Assembly: GCF_003044305.1 (NCBI RefSeq)
Contig: NZ_PZOX01000005.1
Span: 579,493-643,492 of the forward strand
Direction of reading: 5' to 3'
Length of the DNA stretch: 64,000 bases
DNA from: Vitiosangium sp. GDMCC 1.1324
GTDB taxonomy: Bacteria > Myxococcota > Myxococcia > Myxococcales > Myxococcaceae
A model generated the notes under the pieces. It was not told the origin of the DNA, did not search any database, and was given only the letters and a program-made list of their open reading frames with translations. Positions 58,818-64,000 of this stretch are shown piece by piece (within the stretch, counting starts at the first letter, position 1; each line of letters begins with the position of its first letter). The position numbers and the translations under genes are program-made.

Positions 58818-58898
58818 TCAGGGCTGCCAGCGCCACAGGTAGAGGCCGAACTCGAGCACCGGGGTGTCAGCATCAGGGCGAGCCTGACCTATATCACC
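58818..58898 (-). pseudogene. frameshifted 3' fragment of the Ser/Thr kinase gene carried along by the duplication
   Basis: Aligns to kinase codons for ...LMLTPPVLEFGLYLWRWQP* (61328..61403) with a 1-nt deletion (ggggtg vs ggcggcg) and substitutions. Lies between A' and B. Confidence 0.75.
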
Positions 58899-58928
58899 GG
58901 CTCGCGGGAGAGTTGGGCAGAGTATCCG

Positions 58929-59603
58929 TTACGTGCTCGCGGCCCGGAGCTTCGCGATCCACTCCCGGATTTCCTCGTTGACCCTCCGAGCCGCGACGCC
59001 CTCCTGGAACATCAGGAAGTCGAAACGACCTTCCACGATCATGCCCATCAGCGCCCGGTCAGCGGCGATGATCTCCGGCACCCCCCAGGGAAAGGTGGGC
59101 CATGTACCGCGATCCTCAGAGAAATCGGGCATCTCGTAGATGAACTCCAGATAGCGGGCGTAGGTGTCGAAGAAGCGGTCCACATTGGAGGCAACGGGGA
59201 GTGCGTAGATGTCTTCGTAGGGGTCGACCTCGACGACCGGTTGGAAGCCCTGTGCATCCGCCAGGCTCGGAACCGTGGCGTAGCAATAGGCTGACGCCTC
59301 TTCGCCCCCGAAGACGAGAAGCGACCGGAAGGGCTCGGGCCAGTAGGGCTGAACCTCCTCGTTCGCCATGAGGATGCCATTCACCTGTTCATCACAAGCA
59401 TTGACATAGAGGTTGAGGTCGAGCAGGAGCCCACCCAGTCGTGAATAGAAGGCGGCCAGCATCGGGTCAAAGGGTCGGCCCAGGAGTAGCGCGCCCGCGG
59501 TTGGTGCACCTTCCCAGGGTTTTCGAATCTCGGCTCGGACGGGGTACTTCCCGCAGGCCGCCAGCAGCCGCTCGAGTCCAGGCAATGAGATTTCTTTCAT
59601 CAT
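58929..59603 (-). CDS. candidate immunity protein B (cytoplasmic, ~224 aa)
   Basis: ATG-ATG at 59603/59600 (MMKEISLPGLERLL...), 15 nt after the A stop and preceded by gagggaagag. The ORF extension to 59717 is rejected because it overlaps A. Confidence 0.55.
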   Translation of the reverse strand: MMKEISLPGLERLLAACGKYPVRAEIRKPWEGAPTAGALLLGRPFDPMLAAFYSRLGGLLLDLNLYVNACDEQVNGILMANEEVQPYWPEPFRSLLVFGGEEASAYCYATVPSLADAQGFQPVVEVDPYEDIYALPVASNVDRFFDTYARYLEFIYEMPDFSEDRGTWPTFPWGVPEIIAADRALMGMIVEGRFDFLMFQEGVAARRVNEEIREWIAKLRAAST

Positions 59604-59617
59604 GTGTCTCTTCCCTC

Positions 59618-61315
59618 TCACCTTACAACCAGGGCACTGACATCCTCCAGCGCCGCCGCCGTGACCCTTTCGAGCAGAGCGTCTGACTGGCTCGGCTCGT
59701 AGAGTTTGTTGAACCAACGCCCGAAATGTCGCTGGGTGATGTCCACCATCTGTCGAACCTGTTCGGGACTGGCCGTGTCACCCGCTTCCTTGCGGAAGGC
59801 ATTCCATATCTTGTTGATACTCCCATGAACGGGCTTGCCTAAGGCCTTGAGGTTGGCGGCAGCGTTGATGTCCAACTGCGGAAACAGGTGGGCATACTCC
59901 AGGGGGACAAGGTGATGGACGTCGTATTGTTTTCCCTCAACGTCCCTCAATACCCTCTCCAGCTCGGGATGGAAGGCCCCGTAGAAATCAGCTTTAGCCT
60001 TGGCACGAAGCGCGTTCTTGGCATCACGGTCCAATTTGACGGTGAGCGACTGCTCCATGCGCCGCAGGAGTTGGGTGAGTTCGTTGCGCTCGGCGGCGGA
60101 GAGGCATTCGAAGCCCTCCGTCTCCACCTTCACGAAGAGCCGCCGCAACAGTTCCTGATCCGCGCGCCCCGCCCGGACGAGTTGTGTGCGCAACCAGCGC
60201 ATCCCCGCGGCGCCTCCCCGGGTTGCCACCCGCATCACCGAGGGCGCCACCGCTTCGAAGGCGACGTGCAGGCCCTTGCCCACCAGTCCCCCGATAACGC
60301 ATAGGGCCACCTGCTCCAAGGTGAAGGCGCCCGCCAGCTTCACCGAGTCCACCATCTCCTCACGGTAGTGGTGGAAGATTTGTGCGTGCAGCAGGCGGTA
60401 CTCGCGCAGCACGTCCTCCACTGCTTCGTCCACCGGCTCCGGCCGGAGCGTCTCCGCCCGCTCCACCCTCCAGTGGGAGGTGGTGCTCGTCCCTCCGTGC
60501 ATCCCGGACAGTTCCAGCCGCACAGTGCGTGGGCCCAGTCCGCGCATGAAGGGCAACAGGGTCAGGGTGAGTGCCTCGGCCACCCGAGCGTCCGCTGGGC
60601 GCACCGTGCCACCTCCAGCGGCGTGGTAGGGCCCCATCTCCCAGCCCGTGAGCCGGTCGTCCTCCAGCGAGAGCTCCACCCTCATGCGCGCCGAAGCACC
60701 CGCGGGCACCTGGAGCAGGCGCACCACCTGCTTCGCCATGGCCTGCACGGCGGAGAGCGCCCTGGACGAATAGCCCGTGCGCCGCGCCGGCAGCTTTCTC
60801 GTCTCCGGGGGCGCATCCATGGGGAGCGCCTCATAATCCACCCGCCAGCGGCTCTGCTCCCGGTGCAATGTGAAGCCGAGGGCACCTGTACGAGTCTCGG
60901 CGAGCGTGAAGAGCAACTCTCGCAGCCCGCCCGTGAACGCCTCCGCCTTCGTCGGCTGGCCCACCTCTCCTCCAACCGCCCTCCGACGGACGGACAGCAG
61001 CGTGAGGGCCCCACGCTCGGCCCAGAAGGTGAACTCCAGTACCGAGCCCACCTGCCCCTCTCCGCTGGCCACTGCCCACATCTGCCCCAGCGCCCACTCG
61101 ACCTCGGCCCTCCGAGCCCCGGCTTCCTCAACCCATTCGTCAGCGGATGGCGAGGCGCTCGGGTTCGCGGAGACGAGGGTGGCCTCGCTTGGAAACGACG
61201 CACTGGCCGGCAGGGCGAATCCTCTCCCGTTCTCGTGCTGTGTCGTGGCGCACCCCTGCACCATCAGCATCGCGAGCCCCACCGCCACGGCCCGCCAGCA
61301 CGCCCTGCGCGTCAT
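59618..61315 (-). CDS. lipoprotein with C-terminal HNH/EndoVII-like nuclease domain (candidate polymorphic toxin A)
   Basis: 565 aa. ATG at 61315 is 12 nt after the kinase stop, with an aagggaa RBS. The C-terminal domain ...QYDVHHLVPLEYAHLFPQLDINAAANLKALGKPVHGS... retains the HH / N / H residues but differs from A' at ~30 of 134 positions plus one indel. Coding GC is lower over 59620..60030. Confidence 0.65.
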   Translation of the reverse strand: MTRRACWRAVAVGLAMLMVQGCATTQHENGRGFALPASASFPSEATLVSANPSASPSADEWVEEAGARRAEVEWALGQMWAVASGEGQVGSVLEFTFWAERGALTLLSVRRRAVGGEVGQPTKAEAFTGGLRELLFTLAETRTGALGFTLHREQSRWRVDYEALPMDAPPETRKLPARRTGYSSRALSAVQAMAKQVVRLLQVPAGASARMRVELSLEDDRLTGWEMGPYHAAGGGTVRPADARVAEALTLTLLPFMRGLGPRTVRLELSGMHGGTSTTSHWRVERAETLRPEPVDEAVEDVLREYRLLHAQIFHHYREEMVDSVKLAGAFTLEQVALCVIGGLVGKGLHVAFEAVAPSVMRVATRGGAAGMRWLRTQLVRAGRADQELLRRLFVKVETEGFECLSAAERNELTQLLRRMEQSLTVKLDRDAKNALRAKAKADFYGAFHPELERVLRDVEGKQYDVHHLVPLEYAHLFPQLDINAAANLKALGKPVHGSINKIWNAFRKEAGDTASPEQVRQMVDITQRHFGRWFNKLYEPSQSDALLERVTAAALEDVSALVVR

Positions 61316-61327
61316 CGAGGATTCCCT

Positions 61328-62773
61328 TCAGGGTTGCCAGCGCCACAGGTAGAGGCCGAACTCAAGCACCGGCGGCGTCAGCATCAGAACGAGTCCGGCC
61401 CACACCACCGGCTCGCGGGAGAGTGGACGCTGGCGCCGCCACGCCTCCAGGGTCGAGACGCACAGAAGGTAGAGCGCCGACAGCTCCAGCAGCCCTCCCA
61501 CCAGCGGCATGAAGGGAGGCATCGAGATGCCCGCGCCCCACTCCAGCACGCCTCGCAGGGCGAACAGGCCCGAGCAGGCAATCGTCACCCCCAGGAAGGA
61601 CCGGCCCTCGTGCAGCGGCACCTCCGGCGCGGGCGCATCCAGTCCCTCGTGGCGCCAGTGTCTGCGCAACAAGCCATACGCCGCCAACGCCACCGCGAGC
61701 CCCGCCACCGCGCCGAGGATGGGGCCCGTCTCGAAGCGCGCCCGTGTCACCCACCGGCCATCCGCCAGTCTCGCCGCGGGCTGCATGGTGAGGGGATCCA
61801 ACTCGTGCGGGGCCAGCACCCGCGGCGTCACCGACACGACGAGCGCCCACAGCACCAGTGCGCACGCCACCGCCTGCAACACCGCCACCGCCCTCAGCCA
61901 GATGGCCTCGTCCGGAGGCAGGGCCGCCTCCGCCGCTCCGTCCGCGAGCCGCCGCAGGTCCAGGCCCAGTGCCTGCGCGCTCGCGTAGCGCCGTGACGGT
62001 TCGAGCGCCACCGCCCTGCGCACCATCGTCCCGAGCGCCCCCGTCAACGCGGGCGCCCCCGCCACCGGTGGCCGGCCCGTCACCATCTCGTGCAGCAGCA
62101 CCCCCACCGCGTACACGTCCATGCGCGGGTCCGGCGGCGCTCCGGCGAGGGCCTCGGGAGCCATGTACTCAGGCGTCCCCACCACCGCGTGCGCGGCGGT
62201 GAGCGTGTCTCTCGGCCCCTCCTGCCGGACGATGCGGGCAATCCCGAAGTCCGTCACCTTCACCCGGCCCTCTCCGTCCATCAGGATGTTGGCCGGCTTG
62301 ATGTCCCGATGCACCACGCCTCGCGCATGCGCGTAGGCCAGCGCGTCGCACACCTGGAGCGCCACGCGCACGGCCTCCGCCGGAGGCAACGGCAGTACCT
62401 GTGCCAGGGAGCGGCCCTCCACCAGCTCCATCACCAGGAAGCGCTCGCCCTCCTCGTCACCAAAGTCGTGCACCCGGACGATGTTCGGATGATCCAACAG
62501 TGCCAGGGCCCTCGCCTCCCGCGCGAAGCGGGCCTGCGCCTCGGCGCTCGAGGCGGCCTCCCCCGCGAGGAACTTCACCGCCACCGGCCGATCCAACCGC
62601 ACATGGCGCGCCCGGAAGACACGGCCCATGCCTCCCCGGCCGATCTCCTCCTCCAGCTCCAGCGAGCCGATGCGCCCCGGATCCTCCATGTCCTCTCCCA
62701 GGAGGCAGCCGGGACATACCGCCAGGCGCTGGCCATCCACGGGCGTTCCGCAGCGCGAGCAGCGGGCACTCAT
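61328..62773 (-). CDS. Ser/Thr protein kinase with N-terminal CxxC zinc-ribbon and C-terminal multi-TM region
   Basis: 481 aa. CSRCGTPV...CPGC; kinase subdomains GRGGMGRVFRA, VAVKFL, HRDIKPANIL, DFGIA, GTPEYMAPE. Four C-terminal hydrophobic helices. Its ATG overlaps the ECF sigma stop (ATGA). Confidence 0.9.
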   Translation of the reverse strand: MSARCSRCGTPVDGQRLAVCPGCLLGEDMEDPGRIGSLELEEEIGRGGMGRVFRARHVRLDRPVAVKFLAGEAASSAEAQARFAREARALALLDHPNIVRVHDFGDEEGERFLVMELVEGRSLAQVLPLPPAEAVRVALQVCDALAYAHARGVVHRDIKPANILMDGEGRVKVTDFGIARIVRQEGPRDTLTAAHAVVGTPEYMAPEALAGAPPDPRMDVYAVGVLLHEMVTGRPPVAGAPALTGALGTMVRRAVALEPSRRYASAQALGLDLRRLADGAAEAALPPDEAIWLRAVAVLQAVACALVLWALVVSVTPRVLAPHELDPLTMQPAARLADGRWVTRARFETGPILGAVAGLAVALAAYGLLRRHWRHEGLDAPAPEVPLHEGRSFLGVTIACSGLFALRGVLEWGAGISMPPFMPLVGGLLELSALYLLCVSTLEAWRRQRPLSREPVVWAGLVLMLTPPVLEFGLYLWRWQP

Positions 62774-63492
62774 CGCTTCAGCACCCGGAGCAGCTCGGCG
62801 AGCTCGGCCTCCGCCTCCTCCGGCCCTCCCACCGTGTCCGCCACTTCCTCGCGCACCAGCTCGCGGTAGCGCACCCGCGCCCGGTGCAGGAACGTCTTGA
62901 GCTGCGGCAGGGACATGCCGTGTGCCTCCGCCGCCTCCCGGTAGCTCGGCGGCTCACCCGGGCGGAAGAACTGGAGCACCAGGTCGAAGGGGCCCTTGCG
63001 CGCTCCACTGTCGTACTCGGCCTTCAGCCGCTCCAGGGCGCGCTCCATGACGCTCGAGGCCCATTCCCGCTCGAAGGCCTCGTCCGGGCCCTGGGCATCC
63101 TCGGAGGCAATCCGCTCCGCCAGCTCGAAGTCCAACGGCAGGGCCACCACGCCCCCTCCGCGCCGCGCGGCACTCTCCCGCTCGTAACGGTGGGCGAGGT
63201 GGTTGCGCGCGGCCGTCAGCAGGTAGCCCCGCAACCGGCCCTTCTCGGGGCTCAGCCGCTCGAGGAAGTCGTGCTCCAACAGCCGCACCAGCAAATCCTG
63301 CACGGCGTCGCGCGCGGGCTCCGCGTCCAGCCCCTGGCGGCGCATGAAGACGTAGAGAGGGCGCCAGTAGGTGCTCAGCAACGACTCGAGTGCCGCGCGG
63401 CGGGCCTCCGGCGATACCCGCGCCGAGCGGATGAGGGTCCAGCGCGTGGGTGGAAAGGAGCCCGGTCCTTCCTCTCGCGGATCTGCGCTCAT
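62770..63492 (-). CDS. ECF (group 4) RNA polymerase sigma factor
   Basis: ATG at 63492 (MSADPREEGPGSFPPTRWTLIRSA...). The ORF to 63642 is rejected. Sigma-70 region 2 (...LESLLSTYWRPLYVFMRRQGLDAEPARDAVQDLLVRLL...) and region 4 (...SYREAAEAHGMSLPQLKTFLHRARVRYRELV). Confidence 0.85.
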   Translation of the reverse strand: MSADPREEGPGSFPPTRWTLIRSARVSPEARRAALESLLSTYWRPLYVFMRRQGLDAEPARDAVQDLLVRLLEHDFLERLSPEKGRLRGYLLTAARNHLAHRYERESAARRGGGVVALPLDFELAERIASEDAQGPDEAFEREWASSVMERALERLKAEYDSGARKGPFDLVLQFFRPGEPPSYREAAEAHGMSLPQLKTFLHRARVRYRELVREEVADTVGGPEEAEAELAELLRVLKR

Positions 63493-63726
63493 GGAAGAGG
63501 TTCTAGCGCAAACAGGGGGAGTCCTTCCCGGGGGGCGGGCACCTGACCTCCAGTGCACATCTACTCCGGGCTCTGCTCGCTGCCGGACACGGCTCCTCCG
63601 CCCGCCGAAGCGGCGCATCCGTTTCACTGGAGGAAAAGGCACCAGCGCATTGCCCGGACACCTTCCGCTCTCTAGCTTCCCGCACCCGAAGCCACACCCC
63701 CAGTCGCAGTCACGCGAGGACGAACC

Positions 63727-64000
63727 ATGACCCCTGCCTCTCAGATGAGCATGCCGATGCAGCCCGGAATGAACCCGATGATGGGCGGCATGCCCATGAT
63801 GGGTATGAACCCGATGATGGGCATGAATCAGATGCCGATGATGGGCATGAACCCGATGATGGGCGGCATGCCCATGCCCATGCCCATGATGGGCGGCATG
63901 CCCATGCCGATGATGGGCATGAACCCGATGATGGGCGGCATGCCCATGCCGATGATGGGCATGAACCCGATGATGGGCGGCATGCCCATGATGATGCCCA
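63727..64000 (+). CDS. Met/Gly/Pro-rich repeat protein, 5' part (continues beyond window)
   Basis: ATG at 63727, 8 nt after gagga. MTPASQMSMPMQPGMNPMMGGMPMMGMNPMMGMNQMPMMGMNPMMGGMPMPMP... Strongly G/C-ending codons on the plus strand. The antisense His-rich frame has T-ending codons, so the plus frame is preferred. Absent from the ORF track because no stop lies inside the window. Confidence 0.6.
   Translation, partial: MTPASQMSMPMQPGMNPMMGGMPMMGMNPMMGMNQMPMMGMNPMMGGMPMPMPMMGGMPMPMMGMNPMMGGMPMPMMGMNPMMGGMPMMMP

Larger units (their letters stand above)
56411..58898 (-). repeat. tandem duplication unit, copy 1 (~2488 bp)
   Basis: Aligns base-for-base with 58914..61403 at a constant offset of 2510. 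About 99% identical over 57520..58817 and ~78-90% over 56411..57520. Contains immunity-like gene B', toxin-like gene A' and a frameshifted kinase 3' fragment. Confidence 0.9.
58914..61403 (-). repeat. tandem duplication unit, copy 2 (~2490 bp), adjacent to the intact kinase
   Basis: See copy 1. Head-to-tail junction at ~58898/58914. Includes the 3' 75 bp of the intact Ser/Thr kinase gene. Confidence 0.9.

Noticed and set aside
63780-64000. His-rich reading (HAHHRVHTHHGH...) on the minus strand opposite the Met-rich repeats
   Set aside because: Third codon positions are T-rich in that frame but G/C-rich in the plus frame. The plus-strand ATG has an RBS. The Met-rich plus frame was kept.

Overview
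The window is 64 kb of a roughly 69-70% GC bacterial chromosome, densely coding on both strands. Gene content points to a myxobacterium (Myxococcaceae-like). Markers are DUF4388 and GAF/GGDEF response regulators, NtrC-type sigma-54 activators, ECF sigma / Ser-Thr kinase pairs, RCC1-repeat and TPR lipoproteins, and a giant coiled-coil protein.

Conserved core genes:
- dapF;
- a purine/pyrimidine salvage cluster (hpt, upp-like, tdk);
- the conserved block spoVG-prs-rplY-pth-rpsF-rpsR-rplI-dnaB;
- a thiE-amidotransferase-thiD operon;
- clpB;
- a TonB-dependent receptor with an HmuY-like lipoprotein (haem-uptake-like locus);
- a ClC channel, a split YeeE/YedE pair, a flotillin and a sigma-54 activator.

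The most unusual region is 56.4-63.5 kb on the minus strand. An ECF sigma factor and a membrane Ser/Thr kinase, translationally coupled, sit upstream of a perfect head-to-tail tandem duplication (2 x ~2.49 kb). Each unit encodes a ~565-aa lipoprotein followed by a ~225-aa cytoplasmic protein. The lipoprotein's C-terminal ~130 aa look like an HNH/EndoVII-fold nuclease (a VHH[LI][IV]P ... N ... H pattern). The two copies are near-identical over the N-terminal ~427 aa of the lipoprotein. They diverge sharply (~77% aa identity, lower GC) across the lipoprotein C-terminal domain and the downstream small gene. This is the architecture of a polymorphic toxin / immunity cassette, possibly SitA-like (delivered by outer-membrane exchange), but undescribed as far as can be told from sequence. 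The junction between the copies retains an ~80-bp frameshifted fragment of the kinase 3' end, which shows how the duplication arose.

At the window's end a Met/Gly/Pro-rich repeat protein, read as a candidate copper(I) binder, is divergently transcribed from the ECF sigma.

No rRNA, tRNA or CRISPR arrays were seen. Many long alternative-frame ORFs in the track are high-GC artefacts.
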